DNA of 64,000 bases, from the NCBI RefSeq assembly GCF_049274795.1, contig NZ_JBASTH010000100.1:31719-95718 (forward strand), given 5' to 3'. How positions within the stretch are numbered: position 1 is the first letter of the stretch; each line of letters starts with the position of its first letter. This document shows, piece by piece, positions 17,161-25,355 of the stretch. Under the pieces are notes generated by a model. It saw only the letters and a list, made by a program, of their open reading frames with translations, made no database searches and had not been told where the DNA came from. This stretch comes from Aquabacterium sp. (lineage in GTDB: Bacteria > Pseudomonadota > Gammaproteobacteria > Burkholderiales > Burkholderiaceae_C). A program made the translations under genes and the position numbers.

Positions 17161-18696
17161 TTAGAACCACGACCAGGTCAGCATGCCCAGCCAATCCCAG
17201 GCGCGCATGAACCAGCGGGTGAGCAAAGGCCGCGCAGGCAGCTCGACCTTGGCCACCCCTTCCAGGCCGGGCCGCAGCCCCGCCAGGCCAGCGCCCTTGC
17301 CTGCCGGCCAGGCCTCGACCTCGTAGCGCACGCCATCGGCGGTGCTGTGGGCCACGGGTGTGACACGGGCCAGCACCAGCGCGATGGGCTGCCCTGGCAT
17401 GGCCGCCAGGCGCAGCGACGCGGGCTGGCCTCGCTCGAGCTGCGCCACGTCGGATTCGCTCACCTCCAGAATCACGCGCCAATCCAGACCAGGGGCCAGC
17501 GTGAGCAGGGTCTCGCCGCGCTTGACGGGGCCACCCAGTTGCTGGCGCAGATCCCCCTGGATCACGACACCATCGAACGGCGCCGCCAGGCGCACGCGCG
17601 CCAGTTGCTGCTCGACCAGTCCCAACTGCGCCTTGGCTTCGGCCAGCTTGGCCTGGGCCTGGGCCGCCTGGGCGCGGTCACCACGCGCGAAAGCCTCCGC
17701 AAAGGAGTTCTCCTGCTGCGCCACCTCGGCCTGCCGTGCTCGGCGGGAGGTCTGCAACTCATCGTCGGACAGTTCGGCCAGCACCTGGCCCGCCTTGACC
17801 ACATCCCCCGGGCGCACGTGCACCTCACGCAGGTAGCCATCCTGGGCGGCACTGAGCACGCGCTGCACAGCGCCTTCCAGGCGGGCCGTCGCGCTCACGT
17901 GATAAGGCATGGGCCACAGCAGCCCGACCGTCAACAAAAAGATGGCCGACAGCATCGACCAGCGCAGGCGGCGCTCGGACGGATCCTTCAGGCGATAGCT
18001 CAACACGATGGCCTTGGCGCGCACACGCTCCGACAAGGGCCGATCCAGCTTGTAGCGCAAGTACAGCAAGGGCGCCAGGCCTTCGGCCAGTTGCTCCAGC
18101 CAGCGGACTTCCTGCGGCTCGAAGGCCACCCGCACCACCTCGTCGATCACCCGCACCGCGAGCGGATCGGACGTGACGGAACGCTCGCAGGTGATCACCC
18201 CGATCACACGGCCCTTGTGTGCCAGCGGCACGCTGACCACGCCACCCAGGCCCTGCAACTTGAACAGGCTCTGGTGGGCCAGGGTGATGCGCACGGCATT
18301 ACGCGTGGCCTGGGGCCACGACAGCGTGGTGTGCTGGTGCACAGCCTCCAGCATGGCCTGGTTCAGTTCGGGAATGGCCTGCCCTTCGGCCAGCACCACC
18401 CCATCGGACAAAGCAACGATGCGCAACTGCCCCGCCGCCACCCAGCCGATCGACACCCGCAGGCATTTCAGCCGCTGCCCGATCTCGGACACCACTTCTG
18501 CCGCGCTGCCTTGCCAATCCTTTGCGTCCAGCGCCGTGCGCAGGCAGCCCAGCACCGCCGCCACGGACTCCGCATTGAGCGACGCACTGGCAGCGGCCGT
18601 CTGAGCCGTAGGCTGCGCTGCCATGGTGGTGGCGCCGCTCAACGGTCGGGGGGTCGGGATGGGCATTTCGTCAGGCAAAAGAAAATCGACCTTCAA
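17161..18696 (-). CDS. fusion protein: cytoplasmic GAF-like domain + single TM + HlyD-family adaptor
   Basis: The N-terminal ~200 aa look GAF-like (RVSIGWVAAGQLRIVALSDG...GGVVSVPLAHKGRVIGVITCERS). A TM helix follows (MLSAIFLLTVGLLWPM). The rest is HlyD-like (VHVRPGDVVKAGQVLAELSDDELQ...coiled coil...LAAPFDGVVIQG). The ORF-track start at 18696 is a TTG, so the true start is uncertain (in-frame ATG options downstream). Confidence 0.7.
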   Translation of the reverse strand: MKVDFLLPDEMPIPTPRPLSGATTMAAQPTAQTAAASASLNAESVAAVLGCLRTALDAKDWQGSAAEVVSEIGQRLKCLRVSIGWVAAGQLRIVALSDGVVLAEGQAIPELNQAMLEAVHQHTTLSWPQATRNAVRITLAHQSLFKLQGLGGVVSVPLAHKGRVIGVITCERSVTSDPLAVRVIDEVVRVAFEPQEVRWLEQLAEGLAPLLYLRYKLDRPLSERVRAKAIVLSYRLKDPSERRLRWSMLSAIFLLTVGLLWPMPYHVSATARLEGAVQRVLSAAQDGYLREVHVRPGDVVKAGQVLAELSDDELQTSRRARQAEVAQQENSFAEAFARGDRAQAAQAQAKLAEAKAQLGLVEQQLARVRLAAPFDGVVIQGDLRQQLGGPVKRGETLLTLAPGLDWRVILEVSESDVAQLERGQPASLRLAAMPGQPIALVLARVTPVAHSTADGVRYEVEAWPAGKGAGLAGLRPGLEGVAKVELPARPLLTRWFMRAWDWLGMLTWSWF

Positions 18697-18814
18697 TCAT
18701 TGATCCCGCAGCGCGTTACATACAGGGGGACTGCCCTATCATCAACACTGTACGGGCGCCCAAGCGTCAAATAAGCACGGAAAACCCCCCGGTATAGACA
18801 ATCTAGGAGCTGTG

Positions 18815-19531
18815 ATGAAGGTTTTGCTGATCGACGACCACCCTCTGATCCTGGCGGCCCTGCAATCCGTCATCCAGGGGCTGGGTGATGATGTCGAGGT
18901 TGCGGCGGCCGCCAGCGGTGCCAGCGCGCGGGCCATGCTCCAGGCCGACAGCACGTTCGATCTGGTCCTGCTGGACCTGCACCTGGGCGATGCCGACGGC
19001 TTCGATCTGCTGACTGAGTTCCGCGGCGCTTACCCGGGTCTGCCAGTGGTCGTGGTGTCGGCCTCGGACCGCACGTCTGACGTCATCCGCGCGATCGACC
19101 TGGGCGCGATGGGCTTCGTGCCCAAGCGTGCCAGCAACGAAACCCTGGTGGACGCACTGCGGCAGGTGATTTCCGGAGGCGTGTACGTGCCCCCGTTGAG
19201 CATGGGCACCACGCTGGCTGGCGCCGCGGGCTCGGTGCAGCAAGAGGCCAATGCCGCGGGCTTCCAGACCGCATCGCTGGCCCAGTTGGGCCTCACGCAA
19301 CGCCAGACGCAGGTGCTGGCGCTGCTGCTGCAAGGCCAGCCCAACAAGCTGATCGCCCGCGAGCTGGAGCTGTCGGTCGAGACCATCAAGGACCACGTCG
19401 CCTCGGTGCTGCGCATCCTGCGCGTGAGCTCGCGCACCCAGGCCGTGATCGCCGTCAGCCAGATGCTGCAGGCGCAGGATCAGCGGGCCGCCAACCGATT
19501 CTCGGCATGGCGGGCCTCCGGCCGACGTTGA
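18815..19531 (+). CDS. NarL/LuxR-family response regulator (REC + HTH_LuxR)
   Basis: The REC domain shows KVLLIDDHPLI, DLVLLDLHLGDADG and FVPKRAS. The LuxR HTH is LTQRQTQVLALLLQGQPNKLIARELELSVETIKDHV. AGGAG lies 5 nt upstream of the ATG at 18815; the ORF-track start at 18812 is a GTG. Confidence 0.85.
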   Translation: MKVLLIDDHPLILAALQSVIQGLGDDVEVAAAASGASARAMLQADSTFDLVLLDLHLGDADGFDLLTEFRGAYPGLPVVVVSASDRTSDVIRAIDLGAMGFVPKRASNETLVDALRQVISGGVYVPPLSMGTTLAGAAGSVQQEANAAGFQTASLAQLGLTQRQTQVLALLLQGQPNKLIARELELSVETIKDHVASVLRILRVSSRTQAVIAVSQMLQAQDQRAANRFSAWRASGRR

Positions 19532-19540
19532 GCCTGGGGC

Positions 19541-20488
19541 TCAGAGGCTGGCGCGCGCCTCGGCGTATTCGGCCTTCAGGCGGGCCACCAGTTCGGCCGT
19601 GGGCACGATCTTCTTGATCGCGCCAATGCCCTGGCCGCTGCCCCAGATGTCCTTCCAGGCCTTGGCGCTGCTCTCGCCGCTGCCGAAGCTCATCTGGCTC
19701 GGATCACCGTTGCCCAGCGCTTCCGGATCCAGCCCGGCCGCCACGATGGAACCACGCAGGTAGTTGCCCGGCACGCCGGTGAACTTGCTGCTGTAGACGA
19801 TGTCGGCGCTGTTGCTGTCGACGATCATCTGCTTGTAGGCCTCGGCGGCACGCGCTTCTTCGGTGGCGATGAAAGCCGAGCCGATGTAGGCGAAATCAGC
19901 CCCCATGGCGCGCGCGGCCAGAATGGCGCGGCCCGTGGCGATCGAACCGGACAGGGCCAGCGGCCCCGTGAACCACTCGCGAATCTCCTGGATCAGCGCG
20001 AAGGGGCTGGTGGTGCCGGCATGGCCGCCTGCACCGGCCGCCACGGCGATCAGGCCATCGGCGCCCTTCTCGATCGCCTTCTGCGCGAACTTGTTGTTGA
20101 TCACGTCGTGCAGCACCACGCCGCCGTAGCTGTGCACCGCTTCGTTCACGTCGGTGCGGGCACCCAGCGAGGTGATGATCACCGGCACCTTGTACTTCAC
20201 GCACAGGGCCAGGTCGTGCTCCAGACGGTCATTGCTCTTGTGCACGATCTGGTTAATCGCAAACGGCGCGGCCGGCTTGTCCGGGTTGGCGGCGTTGTAG
20301 GCGGCCAGCGTCTCGGTGATCTCGGCCAGCCAGTCCTCGAACAAGGCCGCGGGGCGGGCGTTCAGCGCGGGCATGGAGCCCACCACGCCGGCCTTGCACT
20401 GCTCGATCACCAGCTTGGGGTTGCTGAGGATGAACATGGGCGAGGCGATCACCGGGAAGGGAACGTTCTGCAAAACGGGAGGCAACAT
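19541..20488 (-). CDS. nitronate monooxygenase (NMO / 2-nitropropane dioxygenase family)
   Basis: The family pattern is present: FPVIASPMF...GVVGSMPALN...VITSLG...GADGLIAVAAGAGGHAG. I prefer the start at MLPPVLQ (20488), because the longer 20581 start would include an intergenic perfect hairpin. Confidence 0.75.
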   Translation of the reverse strand: MLPPVLQNVPFPVIASPMFILSNPKLVIEQCKAGVVGSMPALNARPAALFEDWLAEITETLAAYNAANPDKPAAPFAINQIVHKSNDRLEHDLALCVKYKVPVIITSLGARTDVNEAVHSYGGVVLHDVINNKFAQKAIEKGADGLIAVAAGAGGHAGTTSPFALIQEIREWFTGPLALSGSIATGRAILAARAMGADFAYIGSAFIATEEARAAEAYKQMIVDSNSADIVYSSKFTGVPGNYLRGSIVAAGLDPEALGNGDPSQMSFGSGESSAKAWKDIWGSGQGIGAIKKIVPTAELVARLKAEYAEARASL

Positions 20489-20569
20489 GACTTCGTAACC
20501 TTTGCTTCTCTTGAAAACAGCCGGTGAAGTTGCGTCAACCGGCATGACGGGTGTGAGGGGCTGACGAAC

Positions 20570-20594
20570 GATCGGCCGCATGAAGCGGCCGATC
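20570..20594 (-). terminator. perfect 10-bp hairpin downstream of the acyl-CoA dehydrogenase gene (possible terminator, weak U-tract)
   Basis: The sequence is GATCGGCCGC-atgaa-GCGGCCGATC. It lies between the ACAD stop (20638) and the NMO start. Confidence 0.4.
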
Positions 20595-20637
20595 TCGGTG
20601 TGTCGTCAGGCGGTCATCGCGAAGACGATGACGCGGA

Positions 20638-22443
20638 TCAGAACAGATCCGCCGGCAGGGCCGTCACGCTGTCGGCTCCTTCCAGCACGGCAGCACGCAG
20701 GGCGCTGGTGCGCGTCAGGATGTGGTCGCCGAAGAAGCGGGCCGTGGCTACCTTGGCGGTGAAGAACTCGGTGTCTTCGCCGGCCTTGAGCTTGTCTTCG
20801 GCCACGATCAGGGCGCGGGCCATTTGCCAGCCGCCGACCAGGTGGCTGGCCAGGAACAGGTAGGGCACCGAGCCAGCGAAGGCGGCGTTCGGGTTGGCCT
20901 TGAAGTTGGCGACCACGAAATCCACCACGGCCAGGAAATCTTCGCGGGCTGCCTTCAGGCGCTTGGCCAGGGTCTTGCCGGCGGCGCTGTCGCGGCCGTT
21001 CAGCACGCCTTCCAGATCGGCGATCTGCGCAGCGATGTTCTTGGCCACGGCGCCACCGTCACGGGCGGTCTTGCGGCCGACCAGGTCGTTGGCCTGAATG
21101 GCGGTCGTGCCTTCGTAGATCGGCAGGATGCGGGCGTCGCGGTAGTACTGGGCCGCGCCGGTTTCTTCGATGAAGCCCATGCCGCCGTGCACCTGCACGC
21201 CCAGCGAGGCCACTTCCACGCTGTTCTCGGTGCCGTAGCCCTTGATCAGGGGCACCAGGTACTCGTAGAAGGCCTTGTTCTGCTTGGCCACTTCAGCGTC
21301 CGGGCTGTTGTGCGAGAAGTCGTAGGCGGCGGCGCCCACCATGGCCATGGCACGACCGGCTTCGGTCAGCGCGCGCATCGTCAGCAGCATGCGCTTCACA
21401 TCGGGGTGATGGATGATGGCGACAGAGCCAGGCTGCGAGCCGTCCACAGGGCGCGACTGCACGCGGTCACGCGCGTAGGCCACGGCCTTCTGGTAGGCGC
21501 GCTCGGACAGGCCGATGCCCTGCAAGCCCACGTCGTAGCGGGCGGCGTTCATCATCACGAACATGTATTCCAGGCCGCGGTTCTCTTCACCGACGATGTA
21601 GCCGATGGCGCCCTCGCCGACTTCACCCTTGCCGTCGCCGAAGACCAGCACGGCCGTGGGCGAACCATGGATACCCAGCTTGTGCTCCAGCGAGGCGCAG
21701 AACACGTCGTTGCGCTTGCCGACGGAGCCGTCGTCATTGACCAGGAACTTGGGCACCACGAACAGGCTGATGCCCTTGACGCCTTCGGGCGCGTCGGGCG
21801 TGCGGGCCAGCACCAGGTGCACGATGTTCTCGGACATGTCGTGCTCACCGTAGGTGATGAAGATCTTCTGGCCGCTGATGCGGTAGGTGCCATCGTTTTG
21901 CTTGACGGCCTTGGAGCGCACCAGGGCCAGGTCCGAACCGGCCTGCGGCTCGGTCAGGTTCATCGTGCCCGTCCAGGTGCCGTCGATCATCTTGGGCAGG
22001 TAGCGCTGTTGCAGTTCCTCGCTGCCAGCGGTGATCAGTGCTTCGGCGGCGCCGCCGGTCAGCATGGCGCACAGCGAGAAGCTCAGGTTCGAGCCGACCA
22101 GCATTTCGATACAGGCCGCGCCGATGGTCTTGGGCAAGCCCTGGCCGCCGAAATCGACGGGCTGGTGCACGCCCAGCCAGCCACCTTCGGCCAGCGACTT
22201 GTAGGCTTCCTTGAAGCCAGGCGTGGTCGTGACCACGCCGTTGTTCCACTTGGCCGGGGTCTGGTCACCGGCCCAGTTCAGGGGGGCCACCACGCCATCG
22301 TTGAACTTGCCGGATTCTTCGATCACGGCCTGGGCAGTTTCGAAGCCGGCATCTTCGAAGCCGGGCAGTTGGGCAACGTGGTCGATGCCAGCCAGTTCCT
22401 TGACGCAGAACAGCAGGTCTTTGACGGGGGCGCGGTAAGTCAT
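20638..22443 (-). CDS. long-form acyl-CoA dehydrogenase (~600 aa, FadE-type)
   Basis: The product begins MTYRAPVKDLLFCVKELAG and contains TGTMNLTEPQAGSDL, GEENRGLEYMFVMMNAARY and YEGTTAIQANDLVGRK, as expected for ~600-aa ACADs with an extra C-terminal domain. It lies next to etfBA. Confidence 0.85.
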   Translation of the reverse strand: MTYRAPVKDLLFCVKELAGIDHVAQLPGFEDAGFETAQAVIEESGKFNDGVVAPLNWAGDQTPAKWNNGVVTTTPGFKEAYKSLAEGGWLGVHQPVDFGGQGLPKTIGAACIEMLVGSNLSFSLCAMLTGGAAEALITAGSEELQQRYLPKMIDGTWTGTMNLTEPQAGSDLALVRSKAVKQNDGTYRISGQKIFITYGEHDMSENIVHLVLARTPDAPEGVKGISLFVVPKFLVNDDGSVGKRNDVFCASLEHKLGIHGSPTAVLVFGDGKGEVGEGAIGYIVGEENRGLEYMFVMMNAARYDVGLQGIGLSERAYQKAVAYARDRVQSRPVDGSQPGSVAIIHHPDVKRMLLTMRALTEAGRAMAMVGAAAYDFSHNSPDAEVAKQNKAFYEYLVPLIKGYGTENSVEVASLGVQVHGGMGFIEETGAAQYYRDARILPIYEGTTAIQANDLVGRKTARDGGAVAKNIAAQIADLEGVLNGRDSAAGKTLAKRLKAAREDFLAVVDFVVANFKANPNAAFAGSVPYLFLASHLVGGWQMARALIVAEDKLKAGEDTEFFTAKVATARFFGDHILTRTSALRAAVLEGADSVTALPADLF

Positions 22444-22465
22444 GAATATCTCCGGGAAACGACAA

Positions 22466-22489
22466 GGGGGCGTCTCGAAAGACGCCCCC
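22466..22489 (-). terminator. hairpin terminator after etfA
   Basis: A perfect 10-bp stem (GGGGGCGTCT-cgaa-AGACGCCCCC) lies between the etfA stop and the ACAD start. On the minus strand it is followed by the moderately T-rich TTGTCGTTT. Confidence 0.5.
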
Positions 22490-22544
22490 GGAAGTGATTT
22501 CAGTCAGACATCAGAGGTCTGCATGAAATGTTTTTCTTCTCAAA

Positions 22545-23477
22545 TCACAGTGCCTTGACCAGTTCCGGCACGGCCGTGAACAGGTCGGCTTCCAGGCCGT
22601 AGTCAGCCACTTGGAAGATCGGGGCTTCGGGATCCTTGTTGATGGCCACGATGACCTTCGAATCCTTCATGCCGGCCAAGTGCTGGATCGCGCCGGAGAT
22701 GCCGGCAGCGATGTACAGCTGGGGCGCGACGATCTTGCCGGTCTGGCCGACCTGCAGGTCGTTCGGGGCGTAGCCAGCGTCCACGGCGGCGCGCGAGGCG
22801 CCCAGAGCGGCACCCAGCTTGTCGGCCAGGGGCGACATGACTTCGTTGAACTTCTCGGCGGAACCCAGGGCGCGGCCACCCGACACCACGATCTTGGCGG
22901 CGGTCAGCTCAGGACGCTCGGACTTGGTCACTTCACGGCCCACGAACGACGAGGAACCGGAGTCGGCCACGGCAGCCAGCGTTTCAACAGCGGCGGAACC
23001 ACCGGTGGTGGCAGCAGTGTCGAAAGCGGTACCGCGAACGGTCAGCACCTTCACGGCATCAGCCGATTGCACGGTGGCGATGGCGTTGCCGGCGTAGATG
23101 GGGCGCTCGAACGTGTCGGGCGAGACCACCTTGGTGATTTCCGAAACCTGGGCCACGTCCAGCTTGGCGGCGACGCGCGGAGCGACGTTCTTGCCGGCGG
23201 CTGTGGCAGGGAACACGAGGTGGCTGTAGCTGGAAGCGATGGCCAGCACTTGGGCAGCCACGTTCTCGGCCAGGCCTTCGGCCAGTTGGGCGCCGTCGGC
23301 GTGCAGCACCTTGGCCACACCAGCGATTTGAGCAGCAGCGCTTGCTGCGGCACCGGCGTTGGCGCCAGCGACCAGCACGTGCACATCGCCACCGAGGGCC
23401 TTGGCGGCCGTCACGGTGTTGAGGGTGGCCGACTTGATGCTGTTGTTGTCGTGTTCAGCAATGACGAGAGCGGTCAT
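22545..23477 (-). CDS. etfA: electron transfer flavoprotein, alpha subunit
   Basis: The 310-aa product ([25 protein letters not shown]...[33 protein letters not shown]) shows the canonical EtfA FAD-binding motif. Confidence 0.9.
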   Translation of the reverse strand: MTALVIAEHDNNSIKSATLNTVTAAKALGGDVHVLVAGANAGAAASAAAQIAGVAKVLHADGAQLAEGLAENVAAQVLAIASSYSHLVFPATAAGKNVAPRVAAKLDVAQVSEITKVVSPDTFERPIYAGNAIATVQSADAVKVLTVRGTAFDTAATTGGSAAVETLAAVADSGSSSFVGREVTKSERPELTAAKIVVSGGRALGSAEKFNEVMSPLADKLGAALGASRAAVDAGYAPNDLQVGQTGKIVAPQLYIAAGISGAIQHLAGMKDSKVIVAINKDPEAPIFQVADYGLEADLFTAVPELVKAL

Positions 23478-23491
23478 GATTCGTTGTCTCC

Positions 23492-24241
23492 TCAGATCAC
23501 TTTGGCGTCGTTCTTCAGCTTAGCTACCAGGGTGGCCACATCGGGCACCTTGATACCAGCGGAACGCTTGGGCGGCTCAGAGACCTTCAGGGTCTTGATG
23601 CGGGGGGCCACATCCACACCCAGGTCGGCAGGCTTGACCGTTTCCAGGGGCTTCTTCTTGGCCTTCATGATGTTGGGCAGCGTGACGTAGCGCGGCTCGT
23701 TCAGGCGCAGGTCGGTCGTGATCACGGCCGGCAGGCTCAGCGACACGGTTTCCAGACCACCGTCGACTTCACGCGTGACGTTGACCTTGCCACCAGCGAC
23801 TTCCACCTTCGAGGCGAACGTGCCCTGGGGCAGGTTGGCCAGGGCGGCGACCATCTGGCCGGTCTGGTTGCTGTCGTCATCGATGGCTTGCTTGCCCAGG
23901 ATGACCAGATCAGGCTTTTCCTTGTCGATCAGGGCCTTGAGCACCTTGGCCACGGCCAGGGGCTGCACCTCATCGGCGGTTTCCACCAGGATGCCACGGT
24001 CGGCACCGATGGCCATGGCCGTGCGCAGGGTTTCCTGGGCTTGGGTGGGGCCGACGGAGACAGCGATGATCTCGGTGACCACGCCCTTTTCCTTCAGGCG
24101 GGTGGCCTCTTCGACGGCGATTTCGTCGAAGGGATTCATGCTCATCTTGACGTTGGCGATGTCGACACCAGAGCCGTCGGACTTCACGCGAACCTTCACG
24201 TTGTAGTCCACAACCCGCTTGACCGGAACCAGAACCTTCAT
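23492..24241 (-). CDS. etfB: electron transfer flavoprotein, beta subunit
   Basis: The 249-aa product ([27 protein letters not shown]...[14 protein letters not shown]) shows the canonical EtfB pattern. It lies 14 nt upstream of etfA. Confidence 0.9.
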   Translation of the reverse strand: MKVLVPVKRVVDYNVKVRVKSDGSGVDIANVKMSMNPFDEIAVEEATRLKEKGVVTEIIAVSVGPTQAQETLRTAMAIGADRGILVETADEVQPLAVAKVLKALIDKEKPDLVILGKQAIDDDSNQTGQMVAALANLPQGTFASKVEVAGGKVNVTREVDGGLETVSLSLPAVITTDLRLNEPRYVTLPNIMKAKKKPLETVKPADLGVDVAPRIKTLKVSEPPKRSAGIKVPDVATLVAKLKNDAKVI

Positions 24242-24389
24242 GCGATGTTCTCCTGCGTCATGAGGAAGAGTTGATTAAAGAGTGCGCGCCTAAAAAAGCA
24301 CGATCGTTCGATTCTAGCGCGACTTCGTGCGCCACCCTACAACAATCCACCTGCCTTGAGGAGAAAATATTGTTTTCCCTGGTGGTGAC

Positions 24390-25283
24390 ATGCCTGTTCA
24401 AGCCGATTTGCCCTCCCCCACACCCATGAGCGTTCCACACAGCGGCGCCGGTGGCGCTGATGCCACAGGTGCCGAAGGGCGTGGCGCCGTCATCGGTGTC
24501 TTCGATTCGGGGCTGGGCGGGCTGTCGGTGCTGCGCGCCATCCGCAGCCATCTGCCGCAGGCGGATCTGCTGTACGTGGCCGATTCCGGACATGCGCCCT
24601 ATGGCGAGAAATCCGATGAGTTCATCGGCGAGCGCTCGGAGCACATCTGCCGCTTTTTGATGTCGCAGGGGGCCGAGGTGGTCGTGGTGGCCTGCAACAC
24701 GGCCACGGCGGCGGCCGTGCACCACCTGCGCCAACGCTGGCCAGAGCTGCCAGTGGTGGGCGTGGAGCCCGGCGTGAAACCCGCGGTGGCGCAATCGCAC
24801 AACCAGCGCATCGGCGTGCTGGCCACGCCCTTCACCCTGCAGAGCGAGAAGTTCCGCACCTTGCTCGAACGGCATGGCGGGCAGGCCCACATCGTGCTGC
24901 AGCCCTGCCCCGGGCTGGCGCGGGAGATCGAGCAGGGCGAGCTGGATTCAGCTGCGCTGCGTGAACTGGTTCGTCAATTCAGCCAGCCGCTCACCGACGC
25001 GGGCGTGGACACCGCCGTGCTGGGCTGCACGCACTACCCCTTCGTGGCCCCGCTGTTCCAGCAGGCCCTGGGCGATGGGGTGCGCATCATCGACACCGCC
25101 GAGGCCGTGGCGCGGCAGACCGTGCGCCTGGTGCGGGACCTGCCCGCCAACCACCCCGCGCGTACAGGGGCCAGCACCGGCGGCGTGCGGCTGTGGTCCA
25201 GCGCCGATCCAGCACACCTGGCCCAGGTGGCCCACGCGTGGCTGGGCCTGAAAACACAAGCGGGCGCTCTCCCGAAGGAGTAG
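24390..25283 (+). CDS. murI: glutamate racemase
   Basis: The motifs IGVFDSGLGGLSVL, VVVACNTATA and LGCTHYPF supply both catalytic Cys motifs. The N-terminal start is uncertain. Confidence 0.85.
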   Translation: MPVQADLPSPTPMSVPHSGAGGADATGAEGRGAVIGVFDSGLGGLSVLRAIRSHLPQADLLYVADSGHAPYGEKSDEFIGERSEHICRFLMSQGAEVVVVACNTATAAAVHHLRQRWPELPVVGVEPGVKPAVAQSHNQRIGVLATPFTLQSEKFRTLLERHGGQAHIVLQPCPGLAREIEQGELDSAALRELVRQFSQPLTDAGVDTAVLGCTHYPFVAPLFQQALGDGVRIIDTAEAVARQTVRLVRDLPANHPARTGASTGGVRLWSSADPAHLAQVAHAWLGLKTQAGALPKE

Positions 25284-25355
25284 CGCCCGCCTGCCAGCCC
25301 CCTGCCCCGCTGGCGCGAGGCACGGAGGGCCGGCCGGTGTGAACCGGCCGCAGAC

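Noticed and set aside
14974-18774. A 1266-aa plus-strand ORF
   Set aside because: It runs antisense across three minus-strand genes that carry clear SecA, M50/HExxH and HlyD motifs. Its product is a low-complexity R/G/H/Q/A-rich string, as expected from stop-codon-poor antisense frames in high-GC DNA.
20722-23690. ORFs 20722-22497 (+) and 22611-23690 (+)
   Set aside because: They are antisense to the acyl-CoA dehydrogenase and etfA/etfB genes, whose products are canonical. These are shadow ORFs.
25331-25350. A 7-bp GC hairpin (CGGCCGG-tgtgaa-CCGGCCG) between the convergent murI and giant-repeat genes, considered as a bidirectional terminator
   Set aside because: No U-tract lies on either strand and the stem is short, which is too weak to call.
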